This document shows positions 11,617 to 20,175 of a stretch of DNA of 32,000 nucleotides, one piece after another (position 1 is the first letter of the stretch; each line of letters begins with the position of its first letter). This DNA comes from Synechococcus elongatus PCC 6301 (GTDB taxonomy: Bacteria; Cyanobacteriota; Cyanobacteriia; Synechococcales; Synechococcaceae). The stretch lies in contig NC_006576.1 of NCBI RefSeq assembly GCF_000010065.1, positions 1,740,001 through 1,772,000 of the forward strand, in the 5' to 3' direction. Under the pieces are notes generated by a model. It saw only the letters and a list, made by a program, of their open reading frames with translations. It did not search any database and was not told the origin of the DNA. Both the position numbers and the translations under genes were made by a program.

Positions 11617-13104
11617 GTGATGGTGAGACCTATCCAACTTGTGCGGGCGTGGTTGATCAGGCGATCGCCTAAGGCACGGTACCGTAAGCCCGGTGGGTAC
11701 ATTTTGGCGACCGTCATTGGTTTGAGCCTTATTTTGGCGGTTGGCATCACCTCAGTCAGCATCCGAGCTGCTGCCGAGCGAGCAGGTAGTTTGCAGACAA
11801 CGACGATAAATCTTTCTCAATCCGCAGCCGAAATTGGGATCGAGCGCTTGTATGCCGTTCTCAACAACGGACCTTATCAGTCATTAGCAAGCAAAAGATT
11901 TGATAGAGATTCAGACACAACTACTTGGACAACAGAGATCAGTAATATCAACTCGGCAGCCAATCAGAACAGTAACAACGTAAGAGGGTGTGGTATTACC
12001 CCAGCAGTTACCACCCAGCAGCAGCTAAATGACTTGACAGCCGGGACTACAACAATTGCTTCTACTTCAAACAATATCTGGTGGAGACTGAAGAGCTATT
12101 CCCCACCGGATCTAACAACTAATCCAAAAACCCCTGCAACTATCGTGATGCAAGGTGGAACAGGTACTAGCTCTGGTGATACCTCAGGTCGAAGAACCGA
12201 AATTGAGAAAAAGTTTTTCCCTGAGAATGGAACCCCCATTCTTCGCAATGCACTAGGAAATGCTGCACTCTTTGCCGGGTCAATTGACCTTGGCAACAAT
12301 GATGTCCTCTCCAGTGATGCTACTCAGGGCTGCGCCAACGTCTATTGCCGGGATTGCCAAACTGGGCAAGGTCCAAACAGTACTGTTGAAGGGGCCGTTA
12401 TTACCTTGCCAGCTTCAGTTCCATTCCCGGAACCAAAAGTCTGGCCATCTTCTGGAGCAACCCAAGCGAATGGTTTCTACGACCGTAAAGGTCAAGCGCA
12501 ACCTTTTGGAACTCCCCCACTCTTACGAGTTGCAGATTTTCCTAATACAGATGCCAATAAGTTTATCAACATTCGAGTTGATGATATTCCTGCCAATTTA
12601 AAAGTCATTAATGACAGTTGTGGGGGAGCTATCAGCACTCCTGATCGATTGCCTGTCAATACCAATTCCGGCTGTAAGCGAGTTGCAATTTACTTTGAAG
12701 GCAATATCACTGGACCTATTACTCAACTTTATGCAGACCTTCCTACGGCTACCTTTCTTCCTTACCCAGAAAATCTAGTTCTTTATGGCTTGCCTTCCAC
12801 TGCCACCGGCAATCAAAACATTACCTTAAGTGGCAACAGTGACAAAATTCAAGGAGCAGTTATCGTAGCTCCCAAAGCCCGTGCTGGGATTAACGGTGGT
12901 CCGCCGAAAAGTCGTACTAACCCAGATGTTTATGGGCCACTCTATGTGGGAATTTGGGATCGCTCTAACAGTAATAACGCAGAAATTGTCGTTCCTTATG
13001 ATATGTTTGCCCGAATTGATGGCTTAATTCCCAATCTCAATGAGATCACGACTTTAGTTTCACTGCGGAGTGCAACATCATGGCAAAAGGGAGGCAATCT
13101 CTAG
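11617..13104 (+). CDS. Large type IV pilin-like/GspK-PilX-like protein, cassette copy 2
   Basis: PGG|YILATVIGLSLILAVGITSVSIRAAAERAGSLQTTTINLSQSAAEIGIERLYAVLNNGPY aligns with 8479..10059. The C-terminal ...IVAPKARAGINGG...NNAEIVVPYD matches copy 1. Confidence 0.75.
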   Translation: MMVRPIQLVRAWLIRRSPKARYRKPGGYILATVIGLSLILAVGITSVSIRAAAERAGSLQTTTINLSQSAAEIGIERLYAVLNNGPYQSLASKRFDRDSDTTTWTTEISNINSAANQNSNNVRGCGITPAVTTQQQLNDLTAGTTTIASTSNNIWWRLKSYSPPDLTTNPKTPATIVMQGGTGTSSGDTSGRRTEIEKKFFPENGTPILRNALGNAALFAGSIDLGNNDVLSSDATQGCANVYCRDCQTGQGPNSTVEGAVITLPASVPFPEPKVWPSSGATQANGFYDRKGQAQPFGTPPLLRVADFPNTDANKFINIRVDDIPANLKVINDSCGGAISTPDRLPVNTNSGCKRVAIYFEGNITGPITQLYADLPTATFLPYPENLVLYGLPSTATGNQNITLSGNSDKIQGAVIVAPKARAGINGGPPKSRTNPDVYGPLYVGIWDRSNSNNAEIVVPYDMFARIDGLIPNLNEITTLVSLRSATSWQKGGNL

Positions 13105-13673
13105 TGGGATTGAGTTTTCTTACCAAGCCTTACAAATCCCTTGGCCGGCGGCGTCGCTCTCAACGAGGCTTTAGCATAACTGAAGTTATCGTTGCTGCCA
13201 TCCTGACCATTTTGATCGCTCAGGCAACAACTGCTGCTTTAGTGGTTAATGCTCGAACTCAGGGCACCTCTGTCGAAGAGTCGCAATTTCTGAGGATTGT
13301 TAACCAAGATGTTGAGCGAGTCCGAGATGTTGCTAGTGCACTGTGTAGAAGCTCAACTTCTCCCTTGAGCTACAACGGTTGCAATCCTCCAACTAATCCC
13401 AGCTTGAAACAACGCTGTGACAGTACAAGTTCTAATGCTGGGCTGGCACAATTACTTTCAAGTAGCCTACCCGCTTTCTCTGACAATATATTTACAAGTA
13501 AAAATCGTTCGACTGTGACGATCACTAGAACTTCCTCTATCCCGACTGTCCCGGGTGCCTCATCTTTCTCTGTGTTACGTCTGGCCTATACTTCATCTGG
13601 TCTATCACCGAATTTATCGTATGTGACGGAAGTGGTGCCGGACGTCGTCGGTTGGTGCTCAACTGCCATTTAA
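13080..13673 (+). CDS. Prepilin-type N-terminal cleavage/methylation protein (PilV/GspI-like), cassette copy 2
   Basis: SQRG|FSITEVIVAAILTILIAQATTAALVVNARTQG. An alternative GTG start at 13104 would give a 1-nt overlap (TAGTG) with the upstream stop. Confidence 0.85.
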   Translation: MAKGRQSLVGLSFLTKPYKSLGRRRRSQRGFSITEVIVAAILTILIAQATTAALVVNARTQGTSVEESQFLRIVNQDVERVRDVASALCRSSTSPLSYNGCNPPTNPSLKQRCDSTSSNAGLAQLLSSSLPAFSDNIFTSKNRSTVTITRTSSIPTVPGASSFSVLRLAYTSSGLSPNLSYVTEVVPDVVGWCSTAI

Positions 13674-13715
13674 AAACCTTCATTCAACTGATCACTAGTT
13701 TTTACAGGCATATCC

Positions 13716-14948
13716 ATGAAGAGCGATAACTTAAGTGCCTTGCTAAGAATCTATTGGGCTCTAGTACCCAAGGATGAAGCGCGATCGCAGCAAGGGTTTA
13801 CGATTACCGAGTTATTGGTCGCCAGTACCATTGGTATCATTGTGATTTTGGGCGGAGGCTATCTGCTTAAGACTAATCTCGATGTCGATCGTGTTAGCTC
13901 TACCAACTCAGCTCAAAGGAATATTCAAAATCGAGCCTTAGATTTTATTAGTAATGAAATTAGGCGGGCCAATGCTGTTGTGAGTTCAAGCTCTCGTTCC
14001 TGTAACGGAGTAACGCCAGTCCTCAGTATTCGAGTACCTGATCCGAGCAACTCTACGAGCACTTCCGCAGTCAGAATTATCGACTACGCCGTTGCTACTC
14101 CAGCTGCTCCTTGGCAAACGACTAGTAATGCTCGGGCGATTTATCGATGTGGCCCAGAGATTAACAGTTCTGGTCAATATGATTTCACTTCTTCCACAAC
14201 CGTGACTGACCTGCTCGTTGATCGAGTTGCAAATGCTAACCCTACGGCAAGCGGTGTTTGTAGCAATCTTAATGCCAATGCAATTACTTCACCTTTTTCG
14301 GGCTCAGCAACAACTAGTGGAACAAACGGTTTAGTTGTTCGCTACGAAGCAAGTGATCCGCGATCGGCTCAAGTCTTGATTGCCTTCTTGCGAAACGTAG
14401 GGAATGGAGGTTCTCCAGGTACCGACTGCGTCACGAATATTGTTGCTGCTCGCGCGATTGATCCTGCCAATATTGCGTCTAGCCCATCGCCTAGCCCTAC
14501 GCCGACACCCACGCCTACGCCGAGCCCATCTCCTACTCCGTCACCTAGCCCTACGCCGACACCCACGCCTACGCCGAGCCCATCTCCCACTCCGTCACCT
14601 AGCCCTACGCCGACACCCACGCCCACGCCAAGCCCATCACCTGCGCCGACTCCCGTTTCTATCTCAATTGCCTCAATTTCTGGTGGAGGTAATAACTCAA
14701 CTGTTGGGCTTAACCTTGGTAGCCTTAGTTTGCTCGCAGGTGTAACCGGTTTCAGGATTTTTGGTTGCACACAAAACAATAGTACCTGTACACCTTCCAC
14801 GGGCGGTACGCCGACCTTAACTACTTCATCCACTACCCCTACTATTCCAAATATCGACTTGCAAGGTAATAGGAGAGCTTGTTTTACTGCTCAAGCAGTT
14901 GGACCTCTCAATATTGTTTTAGGAACTTCTACTGTGTGCACAAATTAA
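13716..14948 (+). CDS. Prepilin-type protein (PilW/GspJ-like), cassette copy 2, with Pro/Ser/Thr repeat linker and extra C-terminal domain
   Basis: SQQG|[35 protein letters not shown]...[22 protein letters not shown] aligns with 10795..11487. It is followed by (SP/TP)n and about 100 further residues. Confidence 0.85.
   Translation: MKSDNLSALLRIYWALVPKDEARSQQGFTITELLVASTIGIIVILGGGYLLKTNLDVDRVSSTNSAQRNIQNRALDFISNEIRRANAVVSSSSRSCNGVTPVLSIRVPDPSNSTSTSAVRIIDYAVATPAAPWQTTSNARAIYRCGPEINSSGQYDFTSSTTVTDLLVDRVANANPTASGVCSNLNANAITSPFSGSATTSGTNGLVVRYEASDPRSAQVLIAFLRNVGNGGSPGTDCVTNIVAARAIDPANIASSPSPSPTPTPTPTPSPSPTPSPSPTPTPTPTPSPSPTPSPSPTPTPTPTPSPSPAPTPVSISIASISGGGNNSTVGLNLGSLSLLAGVTGFRIFGCTQNNSTCTPSTGGTPTLTTSSTTPTIPNIDLQGNRRACFTAQAVGPLNIVLGTSTVCTN
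14481..14657 (+). repeat. Tandem repeat, 54-nt period, encoding [18 protein letters not shown]-type sequence
   Basis: Two near-identical 54-nt units (14523-14576 and 14577-14630, differing at 3 positions by eye), flanked by a 42-nt partial copy (14481-14522) and a degenerate partial copy (14631-14657). Confidence 0.9.
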
Positions 14949-14959
14949 GTTCTATTCTT

Positions 14960-15838
14960 GTGAATTTTGACTTGAAGCCTCTAAATTTGATAAAAACTAT
15001 TTATGATTTCAGTCGACAAGAGGTTCTTTTAACTGAAACTGAGTTGTTTCAGTTACTCCAAAGCTTTGAGGACTGTCCACCTCGTGAGAGTCTACAAAGT
15101 TCCTCTTTTCAGTGGAGGAACCTGTTGTTTTCTCAGGTGTCAGCGGGTAATACGACTTACTGGTATTCCCAACAAATACCGATTCAAATCAATTCAAATT
15201 TAAGTGGTATTGCCAACCATCTAGCTGTAGAGTCTTCAACAGGGAAGCCAGATATTTTATATTGGCGAATCCTTGATTTTTTAAGCCCTGAAAAGCTACA
15301 ACAGCTTTGGAATTATTTACTAACTGCCCGATCGCAATTTAATCCGGCTCACAACTCCGCAGGTTTGAATAACTATCGACAATCTCTTTTTACTGCTCCT
15401 CCTCCTGAAATTTATTCCGAGATCAGTGAAAAGATTTTAGGTGCTTTGATACCAATTGCCGATGAGCTGCCCAATTCCTCACAAGAAATTGGCGAGATAG
15501 AGATGCAAATAACAGCTCACAACGATGGTCATTATTACAAAATTCATAATGATAACGGCAGTCCTGATACAGCTACACGTTTTCTCACTTACGTTTACTA
15601 CTTCTATCGACAACCCAAACCATTTACTGGTGGCGAGCTGCGACTGTATGAACTTGCTATCAAAGATGGCTTTTACGTTGCAGGCGATCGCTATCAAGAC
15701 ATTGAACCGCTACACAATAGCCTGATTGTTTTCCCAAGCCACTACATGCACGAAGTTCTACCGATTCGATGTCCTTCTCAGCGATTTGAGGATAGCCGCT
15801 TTACAGTTAATGGTTGGATTCGAGTTGCTATTGACTGA
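14960..15838 (+). CDS. Fe(II)/2-oxoglutarate-dependent dioxygenase, prolyl-4-hydroxylase type (2OG-FeII_Oxy_3-like)
   Basis: HNDGHYYKIHNDNG (HxD iron motif), YYFYRQPKPFTGGELRLYE, distal His in FPSHYMHEVLPI and SRFTVNGWIRV (Arg for 2OG). The track start at 14879 overlaps the upstream gene. GTG 14960 is the best in-frame start I see. Confidence 0.8.
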   Translation: MNFDLKPLNLIKTIYDFSRQEVLLTETELFQLLQSFEDCPPRESLQSSSFQWRNLLFSQVSAGNTTYWYSQQIPIQINSNLSGIANHLAVESSTGKPDILYWRILDFLSPEKLQQLWNYLLTARSQFNPAHNSAGLNNYRQSLFTAPPPEIYSEISEKILGALIPIADELPNSSQEIGEIEMQITAHNDGHYYKIHNDNGSPDTATRFLTYVYYFYRQPKPFTGGELRLYELAIKDGFYVAGDRYQDIEPLHNSLIVFPSHYMHEVLPIRCPSQRFEDSRFTVNGWIRVAID

Positions 15839-15842
15839 TTTT

Positions 15843-16409
15843 CTAGCTTGAAGTTCGACAGCTACCGCTTTGCACAGTACCAGTTCTGACTAGCCCTAGG
15901 GGTCGTGCAAGAACGACACAGCGTTGTACTGGCGTTAATGTACTACTCAAGCGAATTTCTTGGGTTGCATTACCTGTCCAGTAAACATTGCCGCTGGGAT
16001 ATGCGAGTACGTTTGAACTTAGATTCTGAGCTACTGTGATTTGATTTCTAGCAAAGCTACGACTACGTAAAAGACAATTCCCCGTGGGTGCTGCTGTTGT
16101 ATCACGGTTAATTCCACCAGCAACAAGATCAGTGGCTTTCAAGGTACAGGTTCGATTTAACCGCTGAGCTTCACGTTGCATCTCTAGAATGGCTGACTGT
16201 ACTTCTGAAGTAGCTTGATCTAGCTCTTGCTGACCCAAAAAACCAGCCACGCTAGGTCCTGCGATCGCGGCTAGAATCCCTGCCACAATTAAAACGACTA
16301 AGATCTCAGTGATTGTAAAACCTTGCGATCGCACTGCTCGGCGTAAATGAGCATAAAGTAAACGCTGCTCTAAGACGAGTTTTAATCGTGACATTGCTAA
16401 CCTTTCCAT
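15843..16409 (-). CDS. GspH/FimT-type pseudopilin
   Basis: RSQG|FTITEILVVLIVAGILAAIAGPSVAGFLGQQELDQATSEVQSAILEMQREAQRLNRTCTL is a typical FimT/GspH N-terminus. Start may instead be the MSRLKL methionine at 16394. Confidence 0.85.
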   Translation of the reverse strand: MERLAMSRLKLVLEQRLLYAHLRRAVRSQGFTITEILVVLIVAGILAAIAGPSVAGFLGQQELDQATSEVQSAILEMQREAQRLNRTCTLKATDLVAGGINRDTTAAPTGNCLLRSRSFARNQITVAQNLSSNVLAYPSGNVYWTGNATQEIRLSSTLTPVQRCVVLARPLGLVRTGTVQSGSCRTSS

Positions 16410-16909
16410 CCCAACGCGATCGCAGCTTACCTCTATTCTCGCAAACGATGCAGGGATTAGCTTGCCCTAGGCGAGCGATCTTGTGCCAAAGACCGATCGC
16501 CTGGCCTTTCCTGATCAATACTCAGTGACTCTCTAACTATAGTCAGCGCATGATCAACAGAGGCTACCTAGTAAAAAAGATAGGACTGGTGTAGTCGAAT
16601 AAGGATCAGCTTATCTTCAACAACAACTCACTACGCTCAAACATTGCTTAGCTACTCTCTGAGACTGTCGCGATCGCCTTCAACCCCTGCCAGAGTAGTA
16701 CTGCCAATGTCTGAATTCTTGTTGTGTCTACCGCTTCTCCTGCGCAGAGAGTAGATCAGTGATCGACCCCAAGAACTCTCTGGTATTCCAAAGAAACCAG
16801 TAATCTCCTATCCATTAGTGATAGCGATCGCTGTTGGGGCGGATTTCTCGCCTGCCAGCATCAAGGCCCGAGTGTCAGAGTAGAAGGAGAACCCTTCAGA
16901 GGCAGACTG

Positions 16910-17284
16910 ATGACCGACGTACTGCCCACGATCGAACTGTTTGATGGCATCGCTGAAGAACTCGATAACGTCAGCTTGCGGCGCGATCGCCAATCCGGCA
17001 CCCGCAATGTCTTGCTCCGCTTCCGTGCCCTCAAAGCCCTTGATCGCTTCAATAGTTTCCGAAGCCGCTTTTCCAAAGCGATTCGCCTCACCGATAGTGA
17101 AGGGGCAATCGAACTTTGGCCCGACTCCTCCAAGTTGGTGTTTGGCGGTGATGACGGCGATGAACTGGACCGCGTCGAGTTTGTCGTCCCGATCGACAAT
17201 GAAGACCACTGGCAACGCTTCATGCGATTTATGGAGCGCTACGCTGCGGCCAATGACATGACCTACGGCGATCGCCAGGCATAA
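16910..17284 (+). CDS. psb28: Photosystem II assembly protein, Psb28 family (possibly the Psb28-2 paralogue)
   Basis: C-terminal EDHWQRFMRFMERYAAANDMTY plus RQSGTRNVLLRFRALKALDRF match the Psb28 family layout. Paralogue assignment not verified. Confidence 0.8.
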   Translation: MTDVLPTIELFDGIAEELDNVSLRRDRQSGTRNVLLRFRALKALDRFNSFRSRFSKAIRLTDSEGAIELWPDSSKLVFGGDDGDELDRVEFVVPIDNEDHWQRFMRFMERYAAANDMTYGDRQA

Positions 17285-17299
17285 CGACGGGAGATAGGT

Positions 17300-18196
17300 G
17301 TGAAGATTGCGATTACGGGTGCGACAGGCTTCGTTGGGCAGCGCTTAGTCGAACGACTGCAGGCCGAGGGTCACGAACTGCGCATTCTCAGTCAGCGACC
17401 GACTGTGGCGCAGCAACTGACGGGCTGCCAAGTCTTCGATACTGCGACTGAAACGAGCTGGTTAGCAGCGCTAGAAGGTGCTGATGCAGTCGTCAATTTA
17501 GCGGGGGAACCGATCGCAGAACAACGCTGGACACCAGCCCAAAAACAACGCCTTAAAAACAGTCGTGTTCAAACCACTCGGGCCTTGGTGACTGCGATCA
17601 CGGCCGCAACCCAGAAACCCCAAGTCCTCGTCACTGCCTCTGCGATCGGCTACTACGGCACCAGCGAAACGGCGCAATTTACGGAGGAGAGTGCTGCTGG
17701 ACAGGATTACCTCGCGGAAATTTGCCAAGCCTGGGAACAGGAGGCGCAAGCGGTAACAGTGAGTGGGACCCGTTTGGTGACCCTGCGAATTGGAATTGTT
17801 GTTGGCCCAGGTGGCGCGATCGGCAAAATGCTTGGTCCCTTCAAGCTGTTTGCTGGTGGCCCGATCGGCAGCGGTCGGCAGTGGGTCTCTTGGATTCAAC
17901 GAGAAGACTTGGTCTCGCTGATTCTGGAAGCGATCGCTAATCCCAGCTATCAAGGGACTTACAACGCCACAGCGCCACAGGCAGTGCGAATGGCTGACCT
18001 CAGTGCCACCCTTGGTGAAGTCCTACAGCGGCCATCTTGGTTGCCAGTGCCGGCGTTTGCCCTCGAAGCACTCCTGGGTGAAGGGGCGCTACTAGTTCTG
18101 GAAGGTCAGCAAGTGCTGCCCAAACGCTTGGAAGCCGCGGGTTTTCAATTCCGCTATCCCGATCTGAAATCAGCGCTGCAGCAATTCCTGCCCTAG
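17300..18196 (+). CDS. TIGR01777-family NAD-dependent epimerase (annotated in cyanobacteria as cell-division inhibitor SulA homologue)
   Basis: MKIAITGATGFVGQRLVERLQAEGHEL, AVVNLAGEPIAEQRWTPAQKQRLKNSRV, SAIGYYGTS and a C-terminal DUF1731-like RPSWLPVPAFALEALLGEGA. Confidence 0.9.
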   Translation: MKIAITGATGFVGQRLVERLQAEGHELRILSQRPTVAQQLTGCQVFDTATETSWLAALEGADAVVNLAGEPIAEQRWTPAQKQRLKNSRVQTTRALVTAITAATQKPQVLVTASAIGYYGTSETAQFTEESAAGQDYLAEICQAWEQEAQAVTVSGTRLVTLRIGIVVGPGGAIGKMLGPFKLFAGGPIGSGRQWVSWIQREDLVSLILEAIANPSYQGTYNATAPQAVRMADLSATLGEVLQRPSWLPVPAFALEALLGEGALLVLEGQQVLPKRLEAAGFQFRYPDLKSALQQFLP

Positions 18197-18504
18197 CTGA
18201 CAACCGCCATCGGAGCGATCGCCGCAGGCGTGAGCGATCGCTTCAGGATGACAAGTTGAATCAGGCCGCAAATCACCGTCAAGCCACAGAGGATAAAGGT
18301 GGGAGCGGCAACCACACCCACTGCCCACCAGCTATAGACATGGAGCACCATCAAGATCGCTGGCAGCGCTCCAGCCAGGGCGAGGCTGCGTTGCCAAATG
18401 CGAGGGGCTTCCGCCAATACCAGCAAAATCGCACTGAAGGTCAGCAGAATCGTCAGCGGTACCAAGGCGCCACAAAGGGCGATACAGTGCTCACGCGAAA
18501 ACAT
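18193..18504 (-). CDS. Hypothetical small membrane protein, three to four TM segments
   Basis: MFSREHCIALCGALVPLTILLTFSAILLVLAEAPRIWQRSLALAGALPAILMVLHVYSWW... The start is my choice within the 18193..18570 ORF. Confidence 0.55.
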   Translation of the reverse strand: MFSREHCIALCGALVPLTILLTFSAILLVLAEAPRIWQRSLALAGALPAILMVLHVYSWWAVGVVAAPTFILCGLTVICGLIQLVILKRSLTPAAIAPMAVVS

Positions 18505-18667
18505 CGACAGACTGCACAACCAAGACACGCGATCGCAAACTCCTACCGAAACAGAGACCGGCGATAGCACGGCTCGCTGATCAGCCTAACGCTGATACCA
18601 GAGAAAAACCGCGAACCGTAACGATCGGTGAGTATTTGCTCAGATTCGCAGCATCGAGCGATCGGCT

Positions 18668-20092
18668 TTAACAAGTGGCTTCCAAGCGTTGCCGCACAGA
18701 GGCCAAGGCTGATCGTACTTGCTCAAAACCCGTGCCACCCAAGCTGTTGCGGGCTGCAACAACCTGTTGCGGTGCGATCGCTGTGTAGATGTCGGCTTCA
18801 AACTGCGGGTGTAGAGCCTGCCATTCAGCCAAGCTCAAATCCTTCAGGAGTTTGCCTTGCTCCAAACAGGTGCGCACCACGCGACCGACGAGGTTGTAGG
18901 CTTCTCGGAAAGGCACACCCCGCGCTGCCAAGTAGTCTGCGACATCTGTAGCATTGGAAAAATCGGCTTCGACCGCTGCCGCTAGGCGATCGGGCTGGAA
19001 GCTCAGACCTTCTGCAAACAAAATCGTCATGGCTTCGAGGCAGCTTTCCACGGTTTGCACTGCGTCAAACAAGCCTTCTTTGTCTTCCTGCAAGTCCTTG
19101 TTGTAGGCCAACGGTAAGCCTTTCAAAACGACGAGCAGCGCTTGCAGATGCCCAAACACCCGTCCCGTCTTGCCCCGCACTAGCTCTGGCACATCAGGAT
19201 TTTTCTTCTGCGGCGTGATACTGGAGCCAGTGGCGCAGCGATCGCTGAGGCGAACAAAGCGAAACTCCTCCGAAGCCCAGAGGATCACTTCCTCAGCCAA
19301 GCGGCTGAGGTGCACCATGATCAAGCTGGCGGCTGCCAGAAATTCCACGAGACTATCGCGATCGCTGACGGCATCCAAGCTGTTGGCGTAGATGCGTTCA
19401 AAGCCGAGTAATGCCGCCGTGCGCTGGCGATCGATTGGGAAAGTTGTCCCCGCCAAGGCCCCTGCGCCCAAAGGAGAGGTATTCAGGCGCTTGCGCAGGT
19501 CGCCTAATCGTTCCCAATCACGCTCTGCCATCTCTAAGTAGGCATGGAGATGATGTGCCAAGCTCAAGGGCTGGGCGCGTTGCAGGTGGGTATAGCCCGG
19601 AATTAATGTCTCAAGGTGTTGCTCGGCTTGGCTCAGTAGAACACGCTGATAGTCACGCAATTGCTGACGAATGTGATCGACGCGGTCGCGCAGATAGAGC
19701 CGCGTATCTGTACCCACTTGGTCATTGCGCGATCGGGCGGTGTGGAGCTTTTTACCAACATCGCCGAGGAGTTCTGTCAGTCGCCGTTCCACCGCAAAGT
19801 GGACATCCTCAGCATCCAATCCTGGCTGGAATTGACCGGTGCGATATTCACTGCGAATCTGCTCAAGCCCAGCGACGATCGCCTCACCTTCCTCGCGGCT
19901 GATGATGTCTTGCTCTGCCAGCATTTGCGCATGCGCCTGGGACCCCGTGAGGTCATATTCGATCAGCGCCAGATCAAAACCGATACTGGCATTGAAAACC
20001 ACGATCGCTGGATGGAGCGCTGTCTCGAAGCGATCGCTCCAGGGTTGTGGGGCAGCAGCTTGGGTCACCAGAATCTTTGTGCGGAAGGCCAA
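18668..20092 (-). CDS. argH: Argininosuccinate lyase
   Basis: [26 protein letters not shown] signature, [23 protein letters not shown] and [20 protein letters not shown]. The true start may be the GTG at 20068 ([10 protein letters not shown]). Confidence 0.97.
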   Translation of the reverse strand: MAFRTKILVTQAAAPQPWSDRFETALHPAIVVFNASIGFDLALIEYDLTGSQAHAQMLAEQDIISREEGEAIVAGLEQIRSEYRTGQFQPGLDAEDVHFAVERRLTELLGDVGKKLHTARSRNDQVGTDTRLYLRDRVDHIRQQLRDYQRVLLSQAEQHLETLIPGYTHLQRAQPLSLAHHLHAYLEMAERDWERLGDLRKRLNTSPLGAGALAGTTFPIDRQRTAALLGFERIYANSLDAVSDRDSLVEFLAAASLIMVHLSRLAEEVILWASEEFRFVRLSDRCATGSSITPQKKNPDVPELVRGKTGRVFGHLQALLVVLKGLPLAYNKDLQEDKEGLFDAVQTVESCLEAMTILFAEGLSFQPDRLAAAVEADFSNATDVADYLAARGVPFREAYNLVGRVVRTCLEQGKLLKDLSLAEWQALHPQFEADIYTAIAPQQVVAARNSLGGTGFEQVRSALASVRQRLEATC

Positions 20093-20175
20093 AGGCGATC
20101 ATAGTCCCGACTGGCCTGTTAGGGGCAGCCAGACTGCAGCCCGGCCAAAGGCGCGATCGCCTCGGGGACTCACAA

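Noticed and set aside
14369-14833. 154-aa minus-strand ORF with (GVGVGDGLG)n repeats
   Set aside because: It is the antisense reading of the Pro-rich repeat within the well-supported + strand PilW-like gene. The apparent repeat protein is a composition artefact.
16808-17215. 135-aa minus-strand ORF opposite psb28
   Set aside because: It overlaps the Psb28-family gene on the other strand and shows no recognisable protein signature.
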